Source: Chiloscyllium plagiosum
Taxonomy: Eukaryota
Reading direction: 5' to 3'
NCBI RefSeq assembly: GCF_004010195.1
Contig: NC_057758.1
Location: 8,840,014 to 8,904,013 of the forward strand
DNA: 64,000 bases
Made by a program: the position numbers and the translations under genes. The notes under the pieces are model-generated. The model ran no database searches. It was not told the DNA's origin and worked only from the letters and a program-made list of their open reading frames with translations. Shown one piece after another: positions 13,136 to 26,106 of this stretch (position 1 is the stretch's first letter; every line of letters starts with the position of its first letter).

Positions 13136-15986
13136 TATCCAAAATTGAATGCAGTCAGTTTCTCCGATGGTTAATCTGAATTTCCTCAAATATCTGTCCT
13201 TCTTGAAAACCTTATTTTCATGTTCTCTGATCTGACACTCATTGACAAAGCCGAATTCAGATTGAATGCTCGGCTTGTATGAAATGGAATATCAAAGAGG
13301 GAGAAGTGGAAGATGAAAACCCCACAATGGACTTGACAGAGTGAACGTGGAAATGATATACCTTCAGTCATGTCATCCGACTTAAAGGAGTAGATTAACC
13401 CTTGTTGAAAGGAAACGTTCAACAAAGCTTGCAAGAACAAGCGTATCGAGAAAAAAATGGTGACGACTTGTTCAAGAAGCTGCAATCAAATACTTATAAT
13501 GCAAACAACATGGTGACCTTGAGATCTGAGTGTCCCCAAACTAACCTGTGAGATTTCAGATTTTTCATTCCAACCATATCTTGCATAAATCGCCCAATGA
13601 AATTATATCAGGAACTAAAGAATTGGTCTTGATCAACATCACCATCTTATGCAGCCGTACACGTATTCCATGAAACAATCTGAACTATTTATACACTTTT
13701 TCAGCCAAACATGACTCGTGCTTTTACTTCTTGGACACAATTCAAGATTCTAATTTATTTTGGGAAGGAATAGACGGACTGCAGGAACCAGCTGTATCAA
13801 TAAAGGTGCTCTTTCAGAACAACAGAAAGACTGCTGTCTATATCCCTGTGTTATCTTATTCCATGAACCTCCTTTCGATCATCAGCTAAGTGTTGCCATG
13901 TCCATTTGAAGTACTTGTTCACTGAGGTCCAGTGCATGTTTCTCTTGTGCCATTGAGATATCCAGCGTCAAAAAAAGACTTGGATAACCTCACGAATCTC
14001 TGGTATTGTCTGTCGATGGAGAGCGAGAAACAAAGTAAACGTTTCATTAGTCAAAGGCCATTTTCTTCTCCCCAACCCAAACCTCCCGTTCCGCAATCTA
14101 CCAGTCATTAGAAACATCTTTCTACTTTTATCCTGAGAGAGGAAGAGAATTAATGTTTTGTCCCGATAATGACTTTAGTATAACATAAGGAGTCTTGTCC
14201 CCCACAGCGCTCTATGGCAAGAAATTCCGTGGATTCAAGCGTCTAATAGAAGCAATGTATCCTCATCTTCTTCTTAAAAGTCTGACCCTTAATTCTGAAA
14301 CGATGTTCTGAGATGTAAACTTGCTAATCAGTCTCCCATGGGGAACCTTGTCGAATGCTTTACTGAAGTCCATATAGATCACATCTACTGCTCTGGCTTC
14401 GTCAGTCCTCTTGTTCCTTGTTAAAAAATCTCAATCAAGTTTGTGAGACATGATTTCCAACCCAGAATGCCATGTTGACTATCCATAATCAGTCATTGCC
14501 TTTCCAAATACATGTACATCCTGTCCCTCAGGATTCCCTCCATCAACCTGCCCACCACCGAGGTCAGGCTCATTGGTCTATAGTTCCCTGGCTTGTCTTT
14601 ACCGCCCTTCTTAAACAGTGGCACCACGTATACCAACCTCCATTTTTCCGGCACCTCACCTGTGATTATCCATGATGCAAATATCTCACCAAGAGGCCCA
14701 GCAATCAGTTCTCTGGCTTCCCATAGAGTTCTCGGGTACACCTGATCAGGTCCTGGGGATTAATCCACCTTTACCCGTTTCAAGGCATCCAGCACTTCCT
14801 CCTCTGTAATCTGTATCCAAAATTGAATGCAGTCAGTTTCTCCGATGGTTAATCTGAATTTCCTCAAATATCTGTCCTTCCTGAAAACATTATTTTCATG
14901 TTCTCTGATCTGACACTCATTGACAAAGCAGAAATCAGATTGAATGCTCGGCTTGTATGAAATGGAATATCAAAGAGGGAGAAGTGGAAGATGAAAACCC
15001 CGCAATGGACTTGACAGAGTGAACGTGGAAATGATATACCTTCAGTCATGTCATCCGACTTAAAGGAGTAGATTAACCCGTGTTGAAAGGAAACGTTCAA
15101 CAAAGCGTGCAAGAACCATCATATCGAGAAAAAAATGGTGACGACTTGTTCAAGAAGCTGCAATCAAATTCTTATACTGCAAACAACATGGTGACCTTGA
15201 GATCTGAGTGTCCCCAAACTAACCTGTGAGATTTCAGATTTTCCATTCCAACCATATCTTGCATAAATCGCCCAATGAAATTATATCAGGAACTAAAGAA
15301 TTGGTCTTGATCAACATCACCATCTTATGCAGCCGTACACGTATTCCATGAAACAATCTGAACTATTTATACACTTTTTCAGCCAAACATGACTCGTGCT
15401 TTTACTTCTTGGACACAATTCAAGATTCTACTTTATTTTGGGAAGGAATAGACGGACTGCAGGAACTAGCTGTATCAATAAAGGTGCTCTTTCAGAACAA
15501 CAGAAAGACTGCTGTCTATATCCCTGTGTTATCTTACTCCATGAACCTCCTTTCGATCATCAGCTAAGTGTTGCCATGTCCATTTGAAGTACTTGTTCAC
15601 TGAGGTACAGTGCATGTTTCTCTTGTGCCATTGAGATATCCAGCGTCAAAAAAAGACTTGGATAACCTCACGAACCTCTGGTATTGTCTGTAGATGGAGA
15701 GCGAGAAACAAAGTACATGTTTCATCAGTCAAACGCCATGTTCTTCTCCCCAACCCAAACCTCCCGTTCCGCAATCTACCAGTCATTAGAAACATCTTTC
15801 TACTTTTATCCTGAGAGAGGAAGAGAATTAATGTTTTGTCCCGATAATGACTAAAGTATAACACAAGGAGTCTTGTCCTCCACAGCGCTCTATGGCAAGA
15901 AATTCCTTGGACTCAAGAGTCTAATAGAAGCAATGTATCCTCATCTTCTTCTTAAAAGTCTGACCCTTAATTCTGAAACGATGTTC
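12631..15986. repeat. Direct tandem duplication, 2 x 1678 bp (left arm only)
   Basis: 12631-14308 repeated at 14309-15986. Junction gaaacgatgttc|tgagatgtaaac. The right arm has one copy. Confidence 0.95.
14309..14812 (-). mobile_element. CR1 RT fragment duplicated by the tandem duplication
   Basis: ORF 14493-14741 is near-identical to 12815-13063. Confidence 0.9.
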
Positions 15987-16059
15987 TTCTGTCTGTTGTC
16001 ATTAGAACGTGTTGTCTTCGACTGATGAACAATTTCCAGGATTTATTGCTCTTTCTCCA

Positions 16060-16700
16060 TTAAAGGTGTAGGCGATTGGAATTCTGTCTCGGTCTAAAAG
16101 TGGTCTATGCAAATGTGCAACCTGGCATGTGACGGACATGGCAGATGCGGATCTTCTGATAAAAATCCTTGACCTAACTCTGAGTAACATTCCAATTGTT
16201 TCCATGTCAGGATTTCTGTTTGAGTTGTCCCTTCCTGCGTGTAATATCCATGCTATCATTGCCCATGCAGCCACGAACTGGTCTGTCTGGTTCACTGTTG
16301 CTTTCAGTTTTAATCGATTTGTAGCCAACTATTGACATAAAACGAAACATGAATATTGTAATAAGGAAATTGCATCTGTAGAATTTGGAAATAATGACGA
16401 CACTGAGCTGCTTAAAGAATACATTTTAGTATTTTATGTTAACAATTCAGTATCAGCTAAAGAAAGCTCCTTAATTTTGTGAGGTACGATGGGTTGTTAA
16501 GTTACCCCAGCTTTGGGAAATAGTCAAAATCAGTCGAAATCACCTTCTAACCCTGTGCTTGACAATTCTTTTGAGTGTGCTCTTCAATGCAGTATATTTC
16601 AGACATAACTTAACGGCGAACAGAGCCTGCAGAAGAATGTGGAATAGCAGCAGGGTGAAGTATGTCACAATCTCAAATATGCAGACAGTTGTGAATATTA
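16060..16700 (+). pseudogene. GPR139-like rhodopsin-family GPCR pseudogene exon (TM1 end to ICL3), lineage A
   Basis: AIGILSRSKSGLCKCATWHVTDMADADLLIKILDL..PACNIHAIIAHAATNWSVWFTVAFSFNRFVA..YC..LSCLKN..LFNA..RH..RACRR. Has stops and frameshifts, and a pyrimidine tract upstream. Confidence 0.85.
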
Positions 16701-16703
16701 ATT

Positions 16704-16910
16704 CAGCGAAAGTGAGTACCGCAGATGCTGGAGATTAGAGTCAAGATAAGAGCGGTGCTGGAAACACATTGCAGGTCAGGCAGCATCCGAGGATCAGGTA
16801 AGTTGACGTTTCTGTCAAAAGCACAGCGTTTTGCCCAAAACACCGAGTTTCCTGCTTCTCGCATGCTGCCTGACCTGCTGTGCATTTCCAGCACCACTTT
16901 AATCTTGAGT
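16704..16910. mobile_element. Short fold-back PLE-derived element interrupting GPCR pseudogene
   Basis: Inverted arms. TSD gtgaatatt(a/c)att at 16691-16703 and 16911-16923. Mirror at ~21735-21940. Confidence 0.85.
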
Positions 16911-17119
16911 GTGAATATTCATTGCCTGATCATTTGATTGGGTGTGTTCACTGCTGTTTTGTTTCACCTCCCAGGTTCGTACCCGCTCTCTCAATATTTC
17001 CTGTTTTAAAAATACCTTTTTTTGATCTTTTCCCTCGAAGTTCCAAAAAAAGTGCAACAACTTTTAAACAGTAATTATTTTTCAAGAGTGCAAGTGAACC
17101 ACTAAGAAAAGTGAAAAAC

Positions 17120-20065
17120 TAAACCTCACCAAATGGATCAGTTATTATTTTGCCCCTTCCTTCATCGTAGATTACCCAGAATGGTATCAGAACGCACAGA
17201 CAGATGAAGAACTTCCACGTATCCCAAAATGTAACTTTCTCAAATTTGAAGTCAGAATAAAGAAATGGTGGCCATCATACTTTCATGAGCAAGACAAATG
17301 GGCAAAATTTCAGCAAGACTCATTAACAGTGGGTAATAGAAAAGAGTTGTTATGGGTCGCACATGAATCACAAGCTGTGGGTTATTTGAGAGTGCAGAAA
17401 TTCAAGGCAAAATAAGATTTTGTTTTGTTCGCCAGGACTGGATAAGGATGTTATACATTTTTTCCCAGGCATATTCAGAAATTAGAAAACCTCAGGCATT
17501 TATAAAAGGAATATCTTCAATTACCATTAGTACATTTGAGGAACCTTTTACAAAGGTCTCATTTGAGTTCATAGGAGCCCTACCTGAACCAGAAAAGAGG
17601 AAATGAGCGTTAGTTGACCATAATAGATGTGTCCACCAGATCTGCAAAGGCCATTTCATAACGTAGCATCACAGCTTAAAAAAAGAACAGTTACTGAATT
17701 CTTTCACAAGATATGAAATACCACAACAATACAAGCAGATGAAATGTCAAATTTCACAGCATAATTATTCAGGAAAGTTGTAGGTAGTCGAGGAATATAA
17801 CAAGTGAACTACAGTGCGTAACGTGCAGAATCGCAGGGAAGATTAGGAAAGTAATCTCAAACATTAAATATGAAATTGAGGTTCTTCTACTTAAAATATC
17901 TGCATTTTTGAGATGCTGAAATGCCATTTGTATGTTTTCCAATTCGGGATATCTATCGAAGTGAATCTATCAAATTTAGAACATTTGTATTAATTTTTGG
18001 GCATAAGGTGAGAAGATCACTGAAATTAACGAAGGAAAACTTGACATGTCAGAGTGCAGAGACCACACACTTGGAATATGTCAAATTTTCAATAAAACAT
18101 AAATGTAGCGGGTGGGGTTAGACTGCATTTCGAAGCAACACAGCAGATGACGAAATCGGAAGCAGACAAGTAAAAGAAAACGTCGCCATTTTGCTGTTGG
18201 AGATAAAGTTCTGGTGTTACTTCCAGTGGTAGGTTGATCTTTAAAAGCAAGCTTTAGGGGACCTTATAAAATTGAAATGAAATTGAGTGAGGTGAATTAC
18301 TTCATAAGAGTGCTGGATAGCATGAATTGCCATAGCGTATGCTATGTGAATATGCCTAAAAGTATTTTGATAGAAAGGAAAGCAAAAGGGGAATGTGTTA
18401 CTTGTTGGAATACAGTAAAGGCGATCAGGTTCAGCTGATTCGGAATTGAAAATCCTCAACTTAAGTTGAGCATTGAAGAAGATTTCAAAAATTGTGATAA
18501 AGTACCAAGTTAACTTCCAGAGACAAATCGAAATTACCTGAAGGAGTTAATACAATTATAAGGGGAGATATGCGGGAATAAGCTTGGAAGTACTAATCTC
18601 ATGACACATAATGCTGAGAGAATAAGTGTTGCTTCAGATAAACAACATCCTTCCCGAGTTAACACTGGAAAATGGGCACATTCTAAAAGAGTTTGAACGC
18701 ATCCTCAACGACAACATAGTCAAAGAGATTTGCAGTTACTGCAGCTCACCCGGTGTAATTGTCCAAAACCAAATAGTCTCCAATGATTACGTGTGTACTA
18801 TCGCAAAGTCAATGCAGCTACAATACAGCTGATGAATATAGTTTTCTGCCTTTTGAAGACTGCATTGATAAGGAATGATAAGCAACTTATATTTCTTAGT
18901 TGAATTTACTCAGATGATACTGGCAGGTATGATTATTTAGTAGTGAACTAAGACAGTTCAAGCATGCCTGACACTAAATGTCTCGAACAACATAAGGTCG
19001 TGCGGTTTATCATTAAAAAATGCACAATCACATTTCCAAAATTATCAATAAGTAATTTCTTTATTATCCAATTGTGTGATATACATGCAGGTCCTGGTGA
19101 TTTTCAGCCACTTCAGGTGAAACGATTGCAGCAGCAATAGGAATTTTTTTGTCGACATTTGGAGGTAAGCCTGGTTATAAACCTGGCTAAGAGTGTGTTT
19201 GCATAAGTCCAAGCCATATTTCTGGACCAAAATCTGTAACATGCACTAATGGTCCCACGGGATGTGAAAAGGAAGACAATTCAGGAGTTTTCCAACCAAG
19301 CAACGTCAAGGCTGTGCTCAGGTTTCTGAGATGGAGTGTTGTTAAAGTAATTTCGCATCGAATATGGTAGCGTGTTTTCTTCATTGATTGACTTATTGAA
19401 GAGCTGCAGAAAATTTCACTGGACGGCCAAGTGTCTCGAGACATTTGACAGATTGAAAACCATGATACAACTCCAGTGTTGGTCACACCTCATTACACAA
19501 AGACGATCAAGGAGACTATCTGGGTGAGTGACGTGGGTGTCGGTGCTAATGTCTAAAAAAAGGATGCCGAGGATAAGAAATATCTATTGGGTATTTTGCC
19601 AAAAAAACTTAATAATCATCAACAAAAACAAATAATTGAGATTGGAGCCTTGAGTTGGGTGTTAGTCTGACAAAATTTCAACATTTACTTTGTCAGGAAA
19701 GGAAGTTATTACTTCAACGATTCAATTTGAAAATTATACATGTTGCAAGAGGACAGAATGAAAGTGAAAATTATACAGGTATTTGACAACATGAAATAAA
19801 TAGCCGATTGATTGACACTTTGATGTAGGAAGACAACGATGGAAATACATGGACTGAAATAAACTGCAGTCATGAATGCTTGCATGCTAAAAGTCAACGT
19901 AATGTGTAATAATTGCAATATAATAAAAGAATAAGACCGAAGGGTTTTAAAAACGAAGTCGTCTTTGTGCATTGATGGTTCATTTTTTTCAAAGGCTAAA
20001 GTGTGATGAGGCTGAATCCTTAAGAGGTTGCAACAATTAAGAAAAACTATAGATACTATTCTTCT
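17120..20065 (+). mobile_element. Decayed Gypsy (Gmr1-type) pol: integrase, then RT, then RNase H; probable 3' LTR start ~20002
   Basis: Integrase relics AHE..G.L, PGLDKDV, FEEPF, LTIIDVSTR, LIFGHKVR, GDKVLVLLP (17350-18270). RT relics SSP.VIV, YRKVNA, YWQV, CVIY..LVIFS (18640-19300). RNase H relics SDVGVGA, IGYFAKKLNNHQQK (19500-19760). Confidence 0.85.
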
Positions 20066-20565
20066 NNNNNNNNNNNNNNNNNNNNNNNNNNNNNNNNNNN
20101 NNNNNNNNNNNNNNNNNNNNNNNNNNNNNNNNNNNNNNNNNNNNNNNNNNNNNNNNNNNNNNNNNNNNNNNNNNNNNNNNNNNNNNNNNNNNNNNNNNNN
20201 NNNNNNNNNNNNNNNNNNNNNNNNNNNNNNNNNNNNNNNNNNNNNNNNNNNNNNNNNNNNNNNNNNNNNNNNNNNNNNNNNNNNNNNNNNNNNNNNNNNN
20301 NNNNNNNNNNNNNNNNNNNNNNNNNNNNNNNNNNNNNNNNNNNNNNNNNNNNNNNNNNNNNNNNNNNNNNNNNNNNNNNNNNNNNNNNNNNNNNNNNNNN
20401 NNNNNNNNNNNNNNNNNNNNNNNNNNNNNNNNNNNNNNNNNNNNNNNNNNNNNNNNNNNNNNNNNNNNNNNNNNNNNNNNNNNNNNNNNNNNNNNNNNNN
20501 NNNNNNNNNNNNNNNNNNNNNNNNNNNNNNNNNNNNNNNNNNNNNNNNNNNNNNNNNNNNNNNNN
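20066..20565. other. Assembly gap (500 N)
   Basis: Run of N. Confidence 1.
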
Positions 20566-21510
20566 TATTCCAAGTATGTAGTCTCTGCACTCTGACATGC
20601 CAAGTTTTCCTTCGTTAATTTCAGTGATCTTCTCACCTTATGCCCAAAAATGAATACAAATGTTCTAAATTTGATAGATTCACTTCGATAGATATCCCGA
20701 ATTTCAAAACATACAAATGGCATTTCAGCATCTCAAAATGCAGATATTTTAAGTAGAAGAACCTCAATTTCGTATTTAATGTTTGAGACTATTTTCCTAA
20801 TGTTCCCTGCGATTCTGCATGTTACACACTGTAGTTCACTTGTTATATTCCTCGGCTACCTCCAACTTTCCTGAATAATTATGCTGTGAAATTTGACATT
20901 TCATCTGCTTGTATTGTTGTGGTATTTCATATCTTGTGAAAGAATTCAGTAACTGTTCTTTTTTTAAGCTGTGATACTACGTTATGAAATGGCCTTTGCA
21001 GATCTGGTGGACACATCCATTATGGTCAACTAACGCTCATTTCCTCTTTTCTGGTTCAGGTCGGGCTCCTATGTACTCAAATGACACCTTTGTAAAAAGG
21101 TTCCTCAAATGCACTAATGGGAATTGAAGATATCCCTTTTATAAATGCCTGAGGTTTTCTAATTTCTGAATATGCCTGGAAAAAAAATGTATAACATCCT
21201 TATCCAGTCCTGGCGAACAAAACAAAATCTTATTTTGCCTTGAATTTCTGCACTCTCAAATAACCCACAGCTTGTGATTCATGTGCTACCCATAACAACT
21301 CTTTTCTATTACCCACTGTTAATGAGTCTTGCTGAAAGTTTGCCCATTTGTCTTGCTAATGAAAGTATGATGGCCACCATTTCTTTATTCTGACATCAAA
21401 TTTGAGAAAGTTACATTTTGGAATACGTGGAAGTTCTTCATCTGTCTGTGCGTTCTGATACAATTCTGGGTAATCTACGATGAAGGAAGGGCAAAATAAT
21501 AACTGATCCA
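20566..21510 (-). mobile_element. Mirror copy of Gypsy integrase region
   Basis: Reverse complement of 17120-18078; MPFVCFEIRDIYRSESIKFRTFVFIFGHKVRR. Confidence 0.85.
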
Positions 21511-21944
21511 TTTGGTGAGATTTTGTTTTTCACTTTTCTTAGTGGTTCACTTACAGCCTTGAAAAATAATTACTGTTTAAAAGTTGTTGCACTGTTTTTG
21601 GAACTTCGAGGGAAAAGATCAAAAAAAGGTATTTTTAAAACAGGAAATATTGAGAGAGCGGGTACGATCCTGGGAGGTGAAACAAAACAGCAGTGGACAC
21701 TCCCAATCGAATGATCAGGCAATGAATATTCACACTCAAGATTAAAGTGGTGCTGGAAATGCACAGCAGGTCAGGCAGCATGCGAGAAGCAGGAAACTCG
21801 GTGTTTTGGGCAAAACGCTATGCTTTTGACAGAAACGTCAATTTACCTGATCCTCGGATGCTGCCTGACCTGCAATGTGTTTCCAGCACCGCTCTAATCT
21901 TGACTCTAATCTCCAGCATCTGCGGTACTCACTTTCGCCGAATG

Positions 21945-22583
21945 AATATTCGCAACTGTCTGCATATTTGAGATTGAGACATACTTCACCCACTTCTATT
22001 CCAGAGTCTTCTGCAGGCTCTGTTCGCCGTTAAGTTATGTCTGAAATAGACTGCATTGAAGAGCACACTCAAAAGAATTGTCAAACACATGGTTAGAAGG
22101 TGATTTCGACTGATTTTGACTATTTCCCAAAGTTGGGGTAACTTAACAACCCATCGTACCTCACAAAATTAAGGACCTTTCTTTAGCTGATACTGAATTG
22201 TTAACATAAAATACTAAAATGTATTCTTTAAGCAGCTCAGTGTCGTCATTATTTCCAAATTCTACAGATGCAATTTTCTTATTACAATATTCATGTTTCG
22301 TTTTATGTCAACAGTTGGCTACAAATCGATTAAAACTGAAAGCAACAGTGAACCAGACAGAGCAGTTCGTGGCTGAATGGGCAATGATAGCATGGATATT
22401 ACACGCAGGGAGGGACATCTCAAACTTATATCCTGACAAGGAAACAATTGGAATGTTACTCAGTGTTAGGTCAAGGATAATTATCAGTAGATCCGAAACT
22501 GCCATGTCCGTAACATGCCAGGTTGCACATTTGGATAGACCACTTTTAGACCGAGACAGAATTCCAATCGCCTATACCTTTAA
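21945..22583 (-). pseudogene. GPR139-like GPCR pseudogene exon, lineage A mirror copy
   Basis: ORF 22308-22505 MAVSDLLIIILDLTLSNIPIV..PACNIHAIIAHSATNCSVWFTVAFSFNRFVANC*. Confidence 0.85.
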
Positions 22584-23829
22584 TGGAGAAAGGGCAATAA
22601 ATCCTGGAACTTGTGCATCAGTCGAAGCCACCACGTTCTAATGACAACAGACAGAGGAACATCGTTTCAGAATGAAGGGTCAGACTTTTAAGAAGAAGAT
22701 GAGGATACATTGCTTCTATTAGACTCTTGAGTCCACGGAATTTCTTGCCATAGAGCGCTGTGGGGGACAAGACTCCATGTGTTATACTTAAGTCATTATC
22801 GGGACAAAACATTAATTCTCTTCCTCTCTCAGGATAAACGCAGAAAGATGTTTCTAATGACTGGTCGATTACAGAACGGGAGATTTGGGTTGGGGAGAAG
22901 AACATGGCGTATGACTGATGAAACGTGTACTTTGTTTCTCGCTCTCCATCGATAGACAATACCAGAGGTTCGTGAGGTTATCCAAGTGTTTTTTTGAGGC
23001 TGGATATCTCAATGGCACAAGAGAAACATGCACTGGACCTCAGTGAACAAGTACTTCATATGGACATGGCAACATTTAGCTGATGATCGAAAGGAGGTTC
23101 ATGGAATAAGATAACACAGGAACATAGACACCAGTCTTTCAGTTGTTCTGAAAGAGCACCGTTATTGATACAGCTAGTTCCTGCAGTCCGTCTATTCCTT
23201 CCCAAAATAAGGTAGAATCTTGAACTGTGTCCAAGAACGAAAAACACGATACATGTCTGGCTGAAAAAGCGTATAAATGGTTCAGATTGTTTCATGGAAT
23301 ACGTGTACGGCTGCATAAGATGGTGATATTGATCAACACCAATTCTTTAGTTCCTGATATAATTTCATTGCTCGATTTATGCAAGATATGGTTGGAATGG
23401 AAAATCTGAAATCTCACAGGTTGGTTTGGGAACACTCAGATCTCAAGGTCACCATATTGTTTGCATTTTAAGTTCTGGATTGCGGCTTCTTGACCAAGTC
23501 TTCACCATTATTTTCTGGATATGATTGTTCTTGCAAGCTTTGTTGAATGTTTCCTTTCAACAAGGGTTAATCTACTCCTTTGAGTCGGATGACATGACTG
23601 AAGATATATCATTTCCACGTTCATTCTGTCAAGTCCATTGTGGGGTTTTCATCTTCCACTTCACCCTCTTTGATATTCAATTTCATACAAGCCGAGCATT
23701 CATTCTGAATTCTGTTTTGTCAATGAGTGTCAGATCAGAGAACATGAACATCAGGATTTCAGGAAGGACAGATATTTGAGGTAATTCAGATTAATCATCG
23801 GAGAAACTGACTGCATTCAATGTTGGATA

Positions 23830-25453
23830 TAGATTACAGAGGAGGAAGTGCTGGATGCCTTGAAACGGGTAAAGGTGGATTAATCCCCAGAACCTGCTCA
23901 GGTGTACCCGTGGACTCTGTGGGAAGCCGGAGAACTGATTGCTGGGCGTCTTGGTGAGATATTTGCATCATCGATAATCACAGGTGAGGTGCCGGAAAAA
24001 TGGAAGTTGGCAAACGTGGTGCCACTGTTTAAGAAGGGCGGTAAAGACAAGCCAGGGAACTGTAGCCCAATGAGCCTGACCTCGGTGGTGGGCAGGTTGA
24101 TGGAGGGAATCCTGAGGGACAGGATGTACATGTATTTGGAAAGGCAAGGACTGATTATGGATTGTCAGCATGCATTCTGGGTTGGAAATCATATCACACA
24201 AACTTGATTGAGTTTTTTTTAACAAGGAACAAGAGGATTGATGAAGGCAGAGCAGTAGACGTGATCTATATGGTCTTCAGTAAGGCGTTCGACAAGGTTC
24301 CCCATGGGAGACTGATTAGCAAGTTTAGATCTCATGGAAAACAGAGAGAACTGGCCATTTGGATACAGAACTGGCTCAAAGGTATAAGGCAGAGGGTGGT
24401 GGTGGAGGGTTGTTTTTCAGACTGGAGACCTGTGAACGGTGGAGTGCCACAAAGATCGGTGCTGGTTCTCTACTTTTTGTCATTTACATAAATGATTTGG
24501 ATGCGATCCGAAGAGGTACAGTTAGTAAGTTTGCAGATGACACCAAACTTGGAGGTGTAGTGGACAGCGAAGAGGGTTACCTCAGATTACAACAGGGTCT
24601 GGACCATATGGGCCAATGGGCTGAGAAATGGCAGTTGGATTTTAATTCAGATAAATGCGAGGTGTTGCATTTTGGGAAAGCAAATCTTAGCGGGACTTTT
24701 TCACTTATTGGTAAGATCTTTGGGAGTGTTGCTGAACAAAGAGTCCTTGGAGTGCAGGTTCATAACTCCTTGAAAGTGGAGTCGCAGTTAGATAGGATAG
24801 TGAAGAAGGCGTTTAGTATGCTTTCCTTTATTGGTCAGAGTATTGAGTATAGGAGTTGGGAGGTCATGTTGTGGCTGTACAGGACATGGGTTAGGCCACT
24901 GTTGGAATATTGCGTGCAATTCCGGTCTCCTTCCTATTGGGAAGATGTGAAACTTGAAATGGTTCAGAAACGATTTACAAAGATGTTGCCAGGGTTGGAG
25001 GATTTGAGCTATAGGGAGAAGTTGAATAGGCTGGGGCTATTTTCCCTGGAGCATCGGAGTCTGAGGTGTGAATTTATAGAGGTTTACGAAATTATGAGGG
25101 ACATTGATAGGATAAAAAGGCGCAGTGTTTTCCCTGTAATCGGGGAGTCCAGAACTGGAGGGCATAGGTTTAGGGTGAGAGGGGAAAGATATAAAAGAGA
25201 CCTGAGGTGCAACTTTTTCAGGCAGAGGTTTGTGCGTGTATGGAATGAACTGCCAGAGGATATGGTGGAGGCTGGTACAATTTCAACATTTAAGAGGCAT
25301 TTGGATGAGTATATGAATAGGAAGGGTTTGGAGGGATGTGGGCCAGGTGTGGCAGGTGGGACTAGATTGAGTTAGGATATCTGGTCGGCATGGATGGGTT
25401 GGACCGAAGGGTCTGTTTCCATGCTGTATATCTCTGTGACTCTATGACTCTAT
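23830..25453 (+). mobile_element. 5'-truncated CR1 LINE (mirror of 11525-13135)
   Basis: ORF 24359-25375 with LFVIYINDLD..SKFADDTKLGG and the CR1 C-terminus. Frameshifted upstream; tail tctgtgactctatgactctat. Confidence 0.95.
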
Positions 25454-25805
25454 CAACTTCTGACCGGTTGACAATTTTCGCCTCAGTCATCATTCACACT
25501 GATCTGGACTCGTCTGATAAATATACTGGCTGCACGAAGCTGTGAATCCAGCAATGAATCATTCACCTCCTTATTCCTGTAAACATGATCTACGACCGAA
25601 ATAGCAAAGTCAGGAGTATGATGAAATACTGACCAATTGCCTCGATGGCTGCAACACCAACCATGCTCAAGAAACTCCAAAACATCCACGACAAATCAAT
25701 CCGCTTGATTGGCATCACGTTCACAAAACATCCATATTTTTCCACCAGCGATCCACAATAGCAGCAGTGTCCACTGACTACAAGATACACAGCCGAATTT
25801 CACTA

Positions 25806-26106
25806 ATTAGATTAGATTAGATTAGATTACTTACAGTGTGGAAACAGGCCCTTCGGCCAAACAAGTCCACACCGCCCGGCGAAGCACAACCCACCCATAC
25901 CCCTACATTTACCCCTTACCTAACACTATGGGCAGTTTAGCATGGCCAATTCACCTGACCTGCACATCTTTGGACTGTGGGAGGAAACCGGAGCACCCGG
26001 AGGAAACCCACGCAGACACGGGGAGAATGTGCAAATTCCACACAGTCAGTCGCCTTAGGCGGGAATTGAACCCAAGTCTCTGGCGCTGTGAGGCAGCAGT
26101 GCTAAC
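25806..26106 (-). mobile_element. 5'-truncated HE1/V-SINE; right arm only
   Basis: Same body as 6198-6530 with an (attag)n tail. Empty site at ~11150-11175. Confidence 0.93.

Larger units (their letters stand above)
1..18078 (+). repeat. Left arm of large inverted segmental duplication (probably extends left of the window)
   Basis: Base 1 onward (caaagaacaccaagagactgggcc) is the reverse complement of 36655-36678. The inner end gagaccacacacttggaata (~18078) matches the reverse complement of 20566 onward. Colinear throughout. Confidence 0.97.

Noticed and set aside
13186..13485. ORF conserved in three copies (also 14864-15112, 23525-23779)
   Set aside because: Conservation is explained by recent duplication. 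No recognisable domain; variable non-ATG starts.
1..20065. Single Gypsy element split by a 14-kb nested insertion
   Set aside because: The first piece already ends in pre-RT linker-like sequence (~2650-2810), while the second starts before the integrase, so they overlap in domain order.
19709..20723. Long ORFs of 180-293 aa
   Set aside because: Artefacts of reading through the N gap. The same applies to 52992-53676.
24359..25375. 338-aa ORF as a host gene
   Set aside because: C-terminal part of a frameshifted, 5'-truncated CR1 ORF2.
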